A stretch of 64,000 bases of DNA from Anaeromyxobacteraceae bacterium (GTDB lineage: Bacteria > Myxococcota > Myxococcia > Myxococcales > Anaeromyxobacteraceae). Shown here in pieces: positions 31,756-42,664 of the stretch. The notes below the pieces were generated by a model. It was given only the letters and a program-made list of their open reading frames with translations. It was not told the DNA's origin and did not search any database. Numbering within the stretch: position 1 is the first letter of the stretch; every line of letters starts with the position of its first letter. The stretch lies in the NCBI GenBank assembly GCA_032654565.1, contig JAULAX010000002.1, forward strand, positions 32,001 through 96,000, given 5' to 3'. The translations under genes were made by a program, and so were the position numbers.

Positions 31756-34026
31756 CTACTTCCGGGCGGCGTCGACGATGGCCTTGGCCGCGGTGACGTT
31801 GAGGTCGCGCGGGCAGACCTGCAGGTAGCGCTCCAGCCGGAGCCGGGCGGTGTCGCGGGCCTTCTGCGACTCCTCGTCACGCGCCCGCGCCGCCTCCCAG
31901 CCCATCTTGCCGGCGTTCCAGAGCCCGTCGCAGGAGGCCGGGTCCTTGTCCAGCGCCTTCACGTAGAGCGAGAAGACCAGGTCGGACTTCGAGCCGCGGG
32001 AGCGCTCGATGTCGGCCATCTCCAGGTAGGCCTGCGCGGCGCTGCCGGCCCCGCCCTGACCGTACTCGGTGATGGCCAGGTCGAGCTCGGCCAGCGCCGC
32101 CGGCACGTTCTTGAGCTGGCGGTGCAGGCGGGCCATGGCCACCCGGGCGTCGGGGAAGGGCTTGCCCAGCTGGATGGAGCGCTCGTACTGGCCGCGGGCC
32201 CGGTCGGTGTCCCCCTGGGCCCGGTAGGCGTCGCCGAGCAGGAGGGCGATGCGGGGGTGGTCGCCGGCCCGGGTGGTGGCCTTCTGCAGCACCTCGATGG
32301 CCTTCTTGCCGCCCTCGGGGGTGGCCAGCAGGGCGCGGTTGAGGTCCACGTAGAAGGCGACGCGCCGGGGGTCGCCGCTGACCGCCCGCTGGATCGAGAT
32401 CACCGCGGCCGCCGCCTCGCCGTCGCGCAGCTGCCGGCGCCCGATCAGCCAGGGCAGGTCGGGGCTCTGCGGATCGAGCTCGATGGCCTTCTTCTCGTCG
32501 GCGGTCCCCTCGGTGGCCTTGCCCTGGGCGAAGAGCACCGAGCCACGCACCGCGTAGGCGAGGGCCTGCTGGCGCGGGCTGGCGTCGCCGCCGGTCAGGA
32601 CCGCCTGCACCTGCTGCGCCGCCTGATCGTAGAGCCCGCGCTCCAGCAGCAGCATGGCCCGCCCCAGCAGCGAGGGGACATGGTCCTTCTGCAGCCGGAG
32701 CGCCAGCTGGTAGGCGTTCTCGGCCTGCTGCTCGTACCCTTCGCCGCGGCGCCGGTACTGCTCGGCCAGCTGCTGGGCCAGCCGCACCTCGTTGGGGTTG
32801 AGCTTCTGGGCGCGGACCAGCCACTCCCGGGCCGACTCCAGGTCGCCCGAGGTCATCAGCAGCACCCCCATGGCGCCGGAGAGGAGCCCGGTCTGTCGGG
32901 CCGGGTCCTCCAGCTCCGCCTTCAGGCCGGCCAGGCCGCCGGGGAGATCGCCGGTGGCCGCCTTCAGGTAGGCCTCGGCGGCGATCAGGTGGGAGTGGTT
33001 GCCCAGCTTGCGCCCGGCGTCCAGGTTGACGATGGCCTCCCCCTTCACGGCGTCGCCCTCGGCGTGCTCCAGGTAGCGGAGGGCGTCGACGTAGGAGAGG
33101 AAGGCGTGGCCGGCCAGCGAGCCCGGGTCGACCTTGAGGATGGCCTGGGCCTTCTCGGCGGCGGTCCGGTAGGCGCCGAAGGAGTCGCGCCCCACCAGCT
33201 CCTGCGTCTCCTTGAGCAGCCCGGCGATGGTCTCGACCTGCTGCTTGTGGGCCCGGGCGAAGAGCTGCCAGGCCACCAGCGATCCCACCAGCACCACCGC
33301 CAGACCGACGGTGGCGAACAGCGTGGTGCGGCTGGCCCCCTTGCGCGGCTTGACGGCGCCCGGGGCGTTGAGCCCCCAGGTCTGGGTGCCGTACTTCTCG
33401 GCCAGCTGCCGGGCGTAGTCGTCGCCGGCGCGCGGCGTGGGCGGCGGGGTGGGGATGGGCTGCGAGGCGGCCGGGCGGGTCCCGGTCGGCGACGGGCGCG
33501 GAGCCGCCGCCGGCAGGCCGGCGGAGCTGGGCCGGTTGAGGACGGGCGGCGCCCCGGAGGCCGGCGACGCGGCGGGCGGTGGAGGAGGAGGTGGCGGCGG
33601 GGCCAGCGAGACACCGTGCTTCTCCAGCGCTGCCAGCACCTCGAGGTCCGCGGGCGAGGCCTCGGCGGCCCGGCGCAGCGCCGCCTCACCCTCGGCGCGG
33701 GCCCCACCGCGGAGGTGGAGCGTGGCCGCCAGCAGGTTCCCGGCCGCGTAGTTCGGGTAGGTGGCGAGGACCACCGCCAGCTCCTCGAGGGCCTTCTTGT
33801 CCTTCCCCTGGTCGGCGTAGACCCGGGCCAGCAGCACCTTGGCGGCGGGATCGTCGGGGTGGGTCTTCACCCCCTTCTTGCAGACCACCATCGCCTCCAT
33901 GAAGCGGCCGGCGGCCAGGTAGGCCTCGGCCAGGGCGCGGTAGGCCTCCGACGACGGGTCGGCGGCGAAGGCGTGCTCGAGGCTGGCGAGCTCCGCGGCC
34001 GTGAGCTGTCTCTTGGGGGCGGGCAT
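31756..34026 (-). CDS. TPR-repeat membrane protein with Pro-rich linker
   Basis: N-terminal TPRs, Pro-rich linker, TM helix VGLAVVLVGSLVAW, many C-terminal TPRs. Confidence 0.8.
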   Translation of the reverse strand: MPAPKRQLTAAELASLEHAFAADPSSEAYRALAEAYLAAGRFMEAMVVCKKGVKTHPDDPAAKVLLARVYADQGKDKKALEELAVVLATYPNYAAGNLLAATLHLRGGARAEGEAALRRAAEASPADLEVLAALEKHGVSLAPPPPPPPPPAASPASGAPPVLNRPSSAGLPAAAPRPSPTGTRPAASQPIPTPPPTPRAGDDYARQLAEKYGTQTWGLNAPGAVKPRKGASRTTLFATVGLAVVLVGSLVAWQLFARAHKQQVETIAGLLKETQELVGRDSFGAYRTAAEKAQAILKVDPGSLAGHAFLSYVDALRYLEHAEGDAVKGEAIVNLDAGRKLGNHSHLIAAEAYLKAATGDLPGGLAGLKAELEDPARQTGLLSGAMGVLLMTSGDLESAREWLVRAQKLNPNEVRLAQQLAEQYRRRGEGYEQQAENAYQLALRLQKDHVPSLLGRAMLLLERGLYDQAAQQVQAVLTGGDASPRQQALAYAVRGSVLFAQGKATEGTADEKKAIELDPQSPDLPWLIGRRQLRDGEAAAAVISIQRAVSGDPRRVAFYVDLNRALLATPEGGKKAIEVLQKATTRAGDHPRIALLLGDAYRAQGDTDRARGQYERSIQLGKPFPDARVAMARLHRQLKNVPAALAELDLAITEYGQGGAGSAAQAYLEMADIERSRGSKSDLVFSLYVKALDKDPASCDGLWNAGKMGWEAARARDEESQKARDTARLRLERYLQVCPRDLNVTAAKAIVDAARK

Positions 34027-34136
34027 GGGGCGCCCGAGGATTAGCTTAGGGTATGGTGCGAGTCAATCGACCCTTGACACCGTCGGGGCCGACCCGCTAA
34101 GTCACGCATCCCCCGGGACCTCGGGGGGACTTTCCG

Positions 34137-34213
<77 letters not shown>

Positions 34214-34218
34214 CCTTC

Positions 34219-34260
34219 GAGAGGGCCCGGTTGCGCCGCGCGACCGGGCCTTCTCCTTTC
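34219..34260. terminator. Hairpin terminator between tRNA-Ala and the convergent MscS gene
   Basis: GAGAGGGCCCGGTTGCG-cc-GCGCGACCGGGCCTTCTC followed by CTTTC. Confidence 0.7.
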
Positions 34261-35380
34261 ACGGGGCCGGCGGCGTCGACTCCAGGTGAATGGTCTGGGT
34301 CGGGAAGGCCAGGCCGGTGCCGGCCTCCTCCACGATCTCCATGAAGCGCAGGTAGAGTTCGCCGCGGATCCGGCCGAACGCGTGCCAGTCGGCTGCCTCC
34401 ACCCAGGCCTGGACCTCGACCGACAGGCAGGAGTCCTTGAACTCGGCGAAGCGGACCAGCGGCGCCTCGGGCCCGGCGGCGGGGTGGCCGCGCAGCGCCG
34501 CCTCCAGCCCGGCGAGGACCTGGCGCATCTGCGCGGCGGTGGTGTCCTGGCGGAGGCCGAGCTGGACGGCGATGCGCCAGCGGTCGCGGGCGCTGTAGGA
34601 CTCGATGCGCATGTCGGCCAGCCTGCCGTTGGGGATGGTGACCACGGTCCGGTCGAGGGTCCGGATGCGCGACGAGCGCAGCCCCACCACCTCCACCACC
34701 CCGGTCACCCCGTCGACCTGGATGGAGTCGCCCACCCGGAACGGCCGGTCCATGCCGATGGTGATCGAGCCGATGAGGTTCTCCACGGTCTTCTGGGCCG
34801 CCAGCGCCACGGCGATGCCGCCGATGCCGAGGCCGGCCAGCAGGCTGGTGACCTGGAAGCCCAGCTCGGTGAGCACGGCGATCAGGCCGAGCGCCAGCAC
34901 CACCACCTTGGCCGCCTTGCGGAAGAAGGCCAGCCGCCCGCCCAGGCCGGGGGAGGACGGGTCGGACGGGGGGCGCAGCGCCACGTCGATGGCCCGGAAG
35001 GCGCCCCAGAAGAGCGCCAGCGAGAAGCCGGCCTTGAGCACCCGGCCGTAGAGCTCGTCGGCGCCCCCCTCGAGCGCCACCAGCTGCCGCAGCAGGTCGG
35101 AGACCAGCAGGGCCCAGAGCAGCGTCACCGGCCCGGACAGCCGGGCCACCAGCGCGTCGTCCCAGGTCGCCGCGGTGCGCGCCGCCAGGTGACCGGCCAC
35201 CCGGCGGGTCACCCAGCCGAGCAGCCATCCGGCCGCCAGCGACAGCGCCACCATCACCGGCAGCGCCAGCCACTGCCAGTGCGCCAGCCCGCCCGGGCCG
35301 TGGCGCAGGAGGGCGGCGGGCAGGTGCTCCTCGAGGAGCGGCGCGGCGGCGGGCAGGAGGTTATGAAGGAGGGAGCCCAT
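34259..35380 (-). CDS. Small-conductance mechanosensitive channel (MscS family)
   Basis: LLAGLGIGGIAVALAAQ, PFRVGD, GLRSSRIRT, TIPN, AFPTQT. Confidence 0.92.
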   Translation of the reverse strand: MGSLLHNLLPAAAPLLEEHLPAALLRHGPGGLAHWQWLALPVMVALSLAAGWLLGWVTRRVAGHLAARTAATWDDALVARLSGPVTLLWALLVSDLLRQLVALEGGADELYGRVLKAGFSLALFWGAFRAIDVALRPPSDPSSPGLGGRLAFFRKAAKVVVLALGLIAVLTELGFQVTSLLAGLGIGGIAVALAAQKTVENLIGSITIGMDRPFRVGDSIQVDGVTGVVEVVGLRSSRIRTLDRTVVTIPNGRLADMRIESYSARDRWRIAVQLGLRQDTTAAQMRQVLAGLEAALRGHPAAGPEAPLVRFAEFKDSCLSVEVQAWVEAADWHAFGRIRGELYLRFMEIVEEAGTGLAFPTQTIHLESTPPAP

Positions 35381-35459
35381 GCGTGCGACAGGATATCCCA
35401 CCCACGGCCGACTCCGCGGCGCCGCCCTGGGGTACGCTGCTGTCCGGGGAGACGAGCAC

Positions 35460-35750
35460 ATGCCACGCCAGCCGCTGGACCAGTTCGGGGAGGGCACGGA
35501 GGTGGTGCGCGTCTACTTCGCGCTCGGGCTCGAGGAGGCGGAGCGGACCGAGGCGCTGCTCGACGCCGCCGGCCTCGCCTTCGCCGTCGAGGTGGAGGAG
35601 GTGGGCGGGGCCACCATGTGGGGCTTCGGGCGGCCGCGCCGGGGAGCCGGCGTCTGGATCCGCGAGGCCGACCTGGACACCGCCTGCGCCGCGCTGGAGA
35701 AGGCCGGGATGGTGAAGGGGCTCGTCGATCGGGGAGAGCCCTCCGCCTGA
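35460..35750 (+). CDS. Small hypothetical protein (DUF2007-like)
   Basis: EEAERTEALLDAAGL and VWIREAD pattern; ends 2 bp before the ATPase start. Confidence 0.55.
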   Translation: MPRQPLDQFGEGTEVVRVYFALGLEEAERTEALLDAAGLAFAVEVEEVGGATMWGFGRPRRGAGVWIREADLDTACAALEKAGMVKGLVDRGEPSA

Positions 35751-35752
35751 CC

Positions 35753-38575
35753 ATGACCTCCTCGACTCCTCCACCGCCGGCGCCACCGCCGGCGCCACCG
35801 TCGGCGCCGGCGCCGGGCGGCCCGCCGGCGACCCCGGCCTGGCACGCCCTCACCGTCGAGGCCGCCATCCTGCGGTCCGGGAGCGGCTTCGACGGGCTCG
35901 ACGAGGCCGAGGCGGCCCGGCGGCTGGCGGCGGACGGCCCCAACCTGCTGCCCCGCGCCGCCGGGGAGAGCCTCTGGCGCATCCTCTGGCGGCAGGTGGA
36001 CAGCCCGCTGATCATGGTGCTGGTGGCCTCGGCGGTGGTGGCGGCGCTGCTCGGAGAGCGGACCGACGCCGCGGTGGTCGGCGCGGTGGTGGTCATCAAC
36101 ACGCTGATCGGCTTCTTCCAGGAGTTCCGCGCCGGCCGGGCCATCGAGGCCCTCTCCAGCCTGGTGCCGGAGAGCGCCACGGTGCTGCGCGCCGGCGCCC
36201 GCCGCACCGTGCCGGTGCAGGAGCTGGTGCGCGGCGACGTGGTGGCGCTGGCCTCGGGCGACAAGGTGCCGGCCGACCTGCGCCTGCTCACGGTGAAGGG
36301 GCTGCGCGTCGAGGAGGCGGCCCTGACCGGGGAGTCGGTGCCCGCCGAGAAGGGGGTGGCGGCGGTCGAGGAGGAGGCCTCGCTCGGGGATCGCGGCGAC
36401 CTGGCCTTCGCCGGGACGCTGGTCACCTCTGGCACCGGCCTGGGGCTGGTGGTGGCCACCGCCGGCGACTCGGAGCTGGGGCGGATCTCCGGGCTGCTGC
36501 AGGGCGCCGGCTCGCTGGAGACGCCGCTGACCCGGGCGCTCGCCAAGGTCGGCAAGAGCATCACCGTCGGGATCCTGGTGATCACCTGCCTGCTGATGGC
36601 GGTCGGCACCTGGCGCTCGGTGGGCCAGGGCGTGCCGCTCCTCGACGCCCTGCGCGAGATGCTGGTCTTCGCCATCTCGCTGGCGGTGGGGGCCATCCCC
36701 GAGGGGCTGCCGGCCATCGTCACCATCGCGCTGGCCGTGGGCGTGCAGCGGATGGCGAAGCGGCGGGCCATCATCCGCAAGCTGCCGGCGGTGGAGACGC
36801 TCGGCGCCACCTCGGTGATCTGCTCGGACAAGACCGGGACGCTGACCCGCAACGAGATGACGGTGACGTCGCTCTGGACCGACGGCGAGGCGCTGGAGGT
36901 GACGGGGATCGGCTGGGGCGGCGACGGGGGCTTCCGGGGCCAGGGCGCCGCGGTGGAGCCGACCGGACCGGCCCGGCGGCTGCTCACGGCGGCGGCGCTC
37001 TGCAGCGACGCCACCGTCGAGGCGGCCGGGAGCGGGTGGACGGTGACCGGCGACCCGACCGAGGCGGCCCTGGTGGTGGCGGCGCGCAAGGCCGGGCTGG
37101 AGGCGGCGGCGCTCCGGGTGGCCCAGCCGCGCCTCGACGCCATCCCCTTCGAGTCGGAGCACCAGTTCATGGTCACGCTGCACCGGGAGACCGGCGGCCA
37201 GCCGCGGGCCATCATGAAGGGGGCGCCCGAGGTGGTGCTGGCGCGCTGCGAGGCGGCGACGCGGGCGCCGGCGCTGGCCCAGGTGGAGGCGCTGGCGGGG
37301 CGTGGCCAGCGGGTGCTGGCGGTGGCGGAGCGGACCTGGAAGGAGGGCGAGCCGCTGGAGCTGGCCGGCGTCGGCGGCGGCTTCACCCTGCTGGGGCTGG
37401 TGGGCATGATCGACCCGCCGCGCCCCGAGGCCATCGCCGCGGTGGCCGCCTGCCACCTGGCCGGCATCGAGGTGAAGATGATCACCGGCGACCACGTCGG
37501 CACGGCCCGCGCCATCGGCCGCGAGCTGGGGCTGCTGCGGCCCGAGGGGCTCGCCACCACCGGCGCCGAGCTGGCCCGGCTCGACGACGCGGCGCTGCGC
37601 CCGGTGGCGGTGGCCACCAGCGTCTTCGCCCGGGTCTCGCCGGAGCAGAAGCTCCGCCTGGTCCGCGCCCTGCAGGCCGACGGGCGGGTGGTGGCCATGA
37701 CCGGCGACGGGGTCAACGACGCGCCGGCGCTCAAGCAGGCCGACATCGGCGTGGCCATGGGGATCACCGGCACCTCGGTCTCGCGCGAGGCCGCCGACAT
37801 GGTGCTCACCGACGACGACTTCGCCACCATCGTGGCGGCGGTGGAGGAGGGGCGGCGGGTCTACGACAACCTGGTCAAGTCGCTGGCCTTCGTGCTGCCC
37901 ACCAACCTGGGGCTGGCGCTGATCTTCGTCTGCGCCGTCTTCGCCTTCCCCTTCGACGCCGCCACCCAGGCCCTGCTGCTCCCGGTGCGGCCGACCCAGC
38001 TCCTCTGGATCAACCTGGTGGCGGCGGTGTCGCTGGCCCTGCCGCTGGCCTTCGAGACCATGGAGCGCGACATCATGCGCCGGCCGCCGCGCCCGGCCGA
38101 CGCTCCCCTGCTCTCGCGGCTGGTGCTGCGGCGCACCGCCATGGTCTCGCTGCTGATGACCGCCGGCGCGGTGGGGCTCTTCCTCTTCGAGTGGCGCAGC
38201 GGCCTGTCGCTCGGCGAGCCGGCGGCCTTCGCCCTGGCCGAGGCCCAGACCATGGCGGTCACCTCGGTGATCTTCTTCCAGGTCTTCTACCTGCTGGAGA
38301 GCCGGTCGCTGACCGACTCGGTCTTCGGCGCCAGCCTGGTCTCCAACCCGGCCCTCCTCCCCGGCATCGGGGTGGTGCTGGGGCTGCAGGCCGCCTTCAT
38401 CTGGTGGCCCCCGCTGCAGGGGATCTTCGGCACCGCCGCGCTCGACGGCGGCGACGTGGGGATCGCGGCGCTGGTGGCGGCCATCATCTTCCCCGCCATG
38501 GGGGTGGAGAAGGCGCTGACGCGGCGGAACAAGCGGCGCCGGGCGGCAGCCGCGGCAGCGGCAGCGTCGGACTGA
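35753..38575 (+). CDS. Cation-transporting P-type ATPase (type II, Ca2+-like)
   Basis: LTGES, IPEGLP, DKTGTLT, KGAPE, MITGD, GDGVNDAPAL, QLLWINLV. Confidence 0.95.
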   Translation: MTSSTPPPPAPPPAPPSAPAPGGPPATPAWHALTVEAAILRSGSGFDGLDEAEAARRLAADGPNLLPRAAGESLWRILWRQVDSPLIMVLVASAVVAALLGERTDAAVVGAVVVINTLIGFFQEFRAGRAIEALSSLVPESATVLRAGARRTVPVQELVRGDVVALASGDKVPADLRLLTVKGLRVEEAALTGESVPAEKGVAAVEEEASLGDRGDLAFAGTLVTSGTGLGLVVATAGDSELGRISGLLQGAGSLETPLTRALAKVGKSITVGILVITCLLMAVGTWRSVGQGVPLLDALREMLVFAISLAVGAIPEGLPAIVTIALAVGVQRMAKRRAIIRKLPAVETLGATSVICSDKTGTLTRNEMTVTSLWTDGEALEVTGIGWGGDGGFRGQGAAVEPTGPARRLLTAAALCSDATVEAAGSGWTVTGDPTEAALVVAARKAGLEAAALRVAQPRLDAIPFESEHQFMVTLHRETGGQPRAIMKGAPEVVLARCEAATRAPALAQVEALAGRGQRVLAVAERTWKEGEPLELAGVGGGFTLLGLVGMIDPPRPEAIAAVAACHLAGIEVKMITGDHVGTARAIGRELGLLRPEGLATTGAELARLDDAALRPVAVATSVFARVSPEQKLRLVRALQADGRVVAMTGDGVNDAPALKQADIGVAMGITGTSVSREAADMVLTDDDFATIVAAVEEGRRVYDNLVKSLAFVLPTNLGLALIFVCAVFAFPFDAATQALLLPVRPTQLLWINLVAAVSLALPLAFETMERDIMRRPPRPADAPLLSRLVLRRTAMVSLLMTAGAVGLFLFEWRSGLSLGEPAAFALAEAQTMAVTSVIFFQVFYLLESRSLTDSVFGASLVSNPALLPGIGVVLGLQAAFIWWPPLQGIFGTAALDGGDVGIAALVAAIIFPAMGVEKALTRRNKRRRAAAAAAAASD

Positions 38576-38602
38576 GCGGCAGGGCCGGCGGCCGCGGCGC
38601 TG

Positions 38603-40243
38603 TTACTGGGTCCAGCCGTAGACCAGCACGCCCGACGCCGGCACCGCGAGGACGACGTTGCCGTCCCCGGCCACCACCATGTCGGCGGTGCCGGGCGGGA
38701 AGCGGCCGGTCAGCGTGGCCCCGGCCGGCAGCGTGGGGACCGTGGCGGTGCTGCCGACGGCACCGTTGTTGGCCACCACCAGGAAGCGGGAGGTGCCGAG
38801 CCGGCGCTGGAAGGAGACGGTGGCGGCGTCGTGGACCCGCCCGGCCTCGGCGACGCCGACCGCCAGGGCCGGCTCGGCGCGCCGCAGGGCGATGAGCGCC
38901 CGGTACCACTCCAGCAGCGAGTCCGCCTGCCCCTCCTCGGCGGCCACGTTGTGGGTGGTGACGTTGGCGGAGAGGGCCCGCCACGGCGTCACCGTCGAGA
39001 AGCCGCCCCGCAGCGGATCGCCGTTCCAGCTCATGGGGGTGCGCAGCTTCCAGTCGCCGGACAGGCTGGCGGCCCCGGCCATGCCGATCTCCTCGCCGTA
39101 GTAGAGGAAGGGGGTGCCGGGCTGCAGCAGGAGCAGGGCCGCGGCCAACCGGGCGCGCGCCTCGTCCCCGCCGAGCTGGTCGATGACCCGACCGCCGGTG
39201 AAGGAGTCGTGGTTGGCCAGGAAGGTGGCCCGCTGGCGCGCCAGCTCGGGCAACATCCCCTGGTTGAGCGTGGCGACGTGGGCCAGCGCCGCGGCGACGC
39301 CGCCGGCCGCCGCCATGAACTGGCTCCCCTGGCCGAAGTCGAAGGCGGCGCCGCAGGCCTGGAAGGCGGCCTCGCTGCCCGGGTCCTCGCAGACCATGAA
39401 GCGGCCGGCGTAGCCGCCCAGCAGCGCCCGCACCCCACCCATGATGACGTAGTTCTGGGGCTGGTCGCTCCAGGCGCCCGCACCGTTCTCCACCAGCATC
39501 CCCACCGCGTCGAAGCGGAACCCGTCGACGCCGCGGTTGAGCCAGAGCCGCAGGTTGTCGTGGTGGTAGGCCAGCACCGCCGGGTTGAGCAGGTTGAAGT
39601 CCGGCATCTGGCACCAGAACGGTGCGTAGTAGGAGGCGCCGGCGTAGTCGCACCAGGGATCCTTGGGCGGGAACCAGATCCCCCAGCCCGAGGGGTGGAC
39701 GTCGGACCAGACGTACCAGTCGCGCCACCCGCCCGGCGCCTTGAGCGCCGAGGCCTGGAAGAGCGGGTTGGCGGCGGCGCTGTGGTTCATCACGTAGTCG
39801 ATGATGACGCCGATGCCCAGGGCGTGCGCCTGCCGCAGCAGCTCGTCCAGATCGGCCACCGTGCCGTAGTCCGGCTCCAGCCCGCGGTAGTCGGTGACCG
39901 CGTAGCCGTGGTCGCGATCCTGGCTGGCGTTGATGGGCATGAGCCAGAGGCCGGTCACGCCGAGGCCGTGCAGGTAGGGGAGGGATTGGGTCAGGCCGCG
40001 CAGGTCCCCGACGCCGTCGCCGTCGGAGTCCCGGTAACCGCGGACGTAGATCTCCATGAACGGGCCCTGGAGCCAGGTGGCCGGCAGCGCGCTGCCCGGA
40101 TCCGCGGCGGCCACCGGGGTGACGTCCACCCCCGCCGGGACGGGCGGGGGTGGCGGCGGCGGCGGCGGCGGAGCCGAGGCGCTGGTGCAGGCGGCCAGCA
40201 GGAGGGCCAGCGCCACGGGGCGTGCGACGGCGAACCTGGTCAT
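38603..40243 (-). CDS. Alpha-amylase family (GH13) lipoprotein
   Basis: Lipobox LLAAC; DSDGDGVGDLRG, HGY, DYVMNH, GFRFDA, CED, LANHD, YYGEEIG. Confidence 0.92.
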   Translation of the reverse strand: MTRFAVARPVALALLLAACTSASAPPPPPPPPPPVPAGVDVTPVAAADPGSALPATWLQGPFMEIYVRGYRDSDGDGVGDLRGLTQSLPYLHGLGVTGLWLMPINASQDRDHGYAVTDYRGLEPDYGTVADLDELLRQAHALGIGVIIDYVMNHSAAANPLFQASALKAPGGWRDWYVWSDVHPSGWGIWFPPKDPWCDYAGASYYAPFWCQMPDFNLLNPAVLAYHHDNLRLWLNRGVDGFRFDAVGMLVENGAGAWSDQPQNYVIMGGVRALLGGYAGRFMVCEDPGSEAAFQACGAAFDFGQGSQFMAAAGGVAAALAHVATLNQGMLPELARQRATFLANHDSFTGGRVIDQLGGDEARARLAAALLLLQPGTPFLYYGEEIGMAGAASLSGDWKLRTPMSWNGDPLRGGFSTVTPWRALSANVTTHNVAAEEGQADSLLEWYRALIALRRAEPALAVGVAEAGRVHDAATVSFQRRLGTSRFLVVANNGAVGSTATVPTLPAGATLTGRFPPGTADMVVAGDGNVVLAVPASGVLVYGWTQ

Positions 40244-40297
40244 GCGGTCATCCTCCTGGAGGGGTCGCCTGGCCGAGGCCGAGGTGGCCCGCCGCGA

Positions 40298-41272
40298 TCA
40301 GGTCCGGGGGACGGGCGGCGGGCGGGGCGCCGCCGTGGTCACCCGGGGGGTCTCCCCCGGCGTCGAGCCCTTGAGCACGTTGGTGGCGAGCGCGATCATC
40401 GACCCGACGTCGGAGAGGGTGGCGGGGAGGACGATGGTGTTCCCCACCCTGGCGATGTGGCCGAACTGCTCGATGTATTTCTCGGCCACCCGCAGCTGCA
40501 CCGCCTCGACGCCGCCCGGGGCCTGGGTGGCGTCGGCCACCTTGCGCAGCCCCTCGGCGGTGGCGGTGGCGATGGCCTGGATGGCCGAGGCCTGGCCCTC
40601 GGCCTCGTTCATCTGCTTCTGCCGGATGGCCTCGGAGGCCTTGATCACCTGCTGCTTCTGCCCCTCGGCGCTGTTGATGGCGGCGTCGCGCTCGCCTTCG
40701 GAGGTGAGGATGACGGCCCGCTTCTCCCGCTCGGCCCGCATCTGCTTCTCCATGGCGGCCAGCACGTCCTGCGGCGGGGTGATGTTCTTGATCTCGTAGC
40801 GCAGCACCTTGACGCCCCAGGGCGCCGAGGCCTTGTCCAGCTCCTGGACCAGCTGCGAGTTGATGTAGCCGCGCTCCTCGAAGGTCCGGTCCAGCGTGAT
40901 CTTGCCGATCTCGCTGCGCAGCAGGGTCTGCGCCAGCTGGGTGATGGCGTAGTAGTAGTCGGAGATCCCGTAGCTGGCCCGCTGCGGGTCGAGCACCTTC
41001 AGGTAGAGCAGGCCGTCCACGGCCACCTGGACGTTGTCGTTGGTGATGCAGATCTGCTCGGGGATGTCGAGCGCCTGCTCCTTCAAGGTGTGGCGGTAGC
41101 GGATGGCGTCGAAGAAGGGGAGCAGGACGTGGAAGCCGGGCTCGAGCACGGCGTGGAACTTGCCCAGCCGCTCCACCACGAAGGCGTTCTGCTGCGGGAC
41201 CACCACCGCGGTCTTGACGACCACGATGATGGCGAAGATGGCGACGGCGATGGCGACGTAGATCCCAGGCAT
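40298..41272 (-). CDS. SPFH/band 7 (stomatin/QmcA-like) protein
   Basis: VVERLGK, ITNDNV, LRSEIG, WGVKVLRYEIK, QMRAEREKRA. Confidence 0.93.
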   Translation of the reverse strand: MPGIYVAIAVAIFAIIVVVKTAVVVPQQNAFVVERLGKFHAVLEPGFHVLLPFFDAIRYRHTLKEQALDIPEQICITNDNVQVAVDGLLYLKVLDPQRASYGISDYYYAITQLAQTLLRSEIGKITLDRTFEERGYINSQLVQELDKASAPWGVKVLRYEIKNITPPQDVLAAMEKQMRAEREKRAVILTSEGERDAAINSAEGQKQQVIKASEAIRQKQMNEAEGQASAIQAIATATAEGLRKVADATQAPGGVEAVQLRVAEKYIEQFGHIARVGNTIVLPATLSDVGSMIALATNVLKGSTPGETPRVTTAAPRPPPVPRT

Positions 41273-41303
41273 TCGGTGTTCTCCCCAGTTCAGGTGCGCG
41301 CCG

Positions 41304-41723
41304 TCACTCGGCGCGAAGCCACAAGGTCAATCCTTCGACACGCTCCACGCTGCAGCGCCGGCCCACCGCCAGCGCCACCCCGCCCGCGGTCCGGGCCGTC
41401 CACGGCGTGCCGCGCAGCTCGACCCGCCCCTCGCCCGCCGCCGGGACCTCCACCAGCACCACCGCCTGCTCGCCCACCAGGTCGGCCGGCCGCTCGACCG
41501 CCTGCCCCATGGCCCGGGTCAGCCGCCCCCGGAGCAGCAGCAGCGAGGCCACCGAGAAGCCGGTGAAGGCCAGCCACTGCCCGGCCTCGGGCACGCCCAG
41601 CGCCGCCAGCGGCGCCACCACCACGGCGCCGGCGCCGAAGAAGAGGGCGAAGAGCCCCCCGGGCGTCGCCACCTCCACCACCAGCAGGGCGATCCCCAAC
41701 AACAGCCAGGCCCACCAGGTCAT
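41304..41723 (-). CDS. NfeD-family membrane protein (SPFH partner)
   Basis: N-terminal TM helices, C-terminal OB-like GRVELRGTPWTA; upstream of the SPFH gene. Confidence 0.88.
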   Translation of the reverse strand: MTWWAWLLLGIALLVVEVATPGGLFALFFGAGAVVVAPLAALGVPEAGQWLAFTGFSVASLLLLRGRLTRAMGQAVERPADLVGEQAVVLVEVPAAGEGRVELRGTPWTARTAGGVALAVGRRCSVERVEGLTLWLRAE

Positions 41724-41758
41724 GCGCCGCTCCCCTCTCGTCGAGGCAGGGATGGTAG

Positions 41759-42301
<543 letters not shown>

Positions 42302-42430
42302 CTCATCGCAGGGCCCCGGGCGTCAGCGCACCGCGCCCGGGGCGGTCTCACCCCGGCTTCACGCCGGCCTGGCCTCACCAGCGCCCGGGCCCGGCAGCAC
42401 CCGCAGCACCAGCGCGGTGACCCCACCACA

Positions 42431-42542
42431 CCACCGACCTCTGACGGCCGCCGGCCTCACTGCGCCGCCCGCCGGCCGTCCTCTCCCGGTCGCCTGCCCA
42501 CGACCGCCGGCCTTCAGCCTCCCCGCACCGGCCGCCGGCCCA
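42431..42542. repeat. Degenerate heptamer tandem array
   Basis: About 16 in-register 7-mers such as cggccgc, cggcctc, cggccgt, cggtcgc, cgaccgc, cggcctt, cagcctc. Confidence 0.45.
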
Positions 42543-42664
42543 GCTCCCCTCCCCCGCTGCCAGCGCCCCCTGCAGGAACGACTCGGCGGGGCCACCCCGG
42601 GTCTGGACCCGGAGCGCCCCGCCGCTGGTGACTGCCCTGGCGGCGGCTGCCGCCATCGGTGTGA

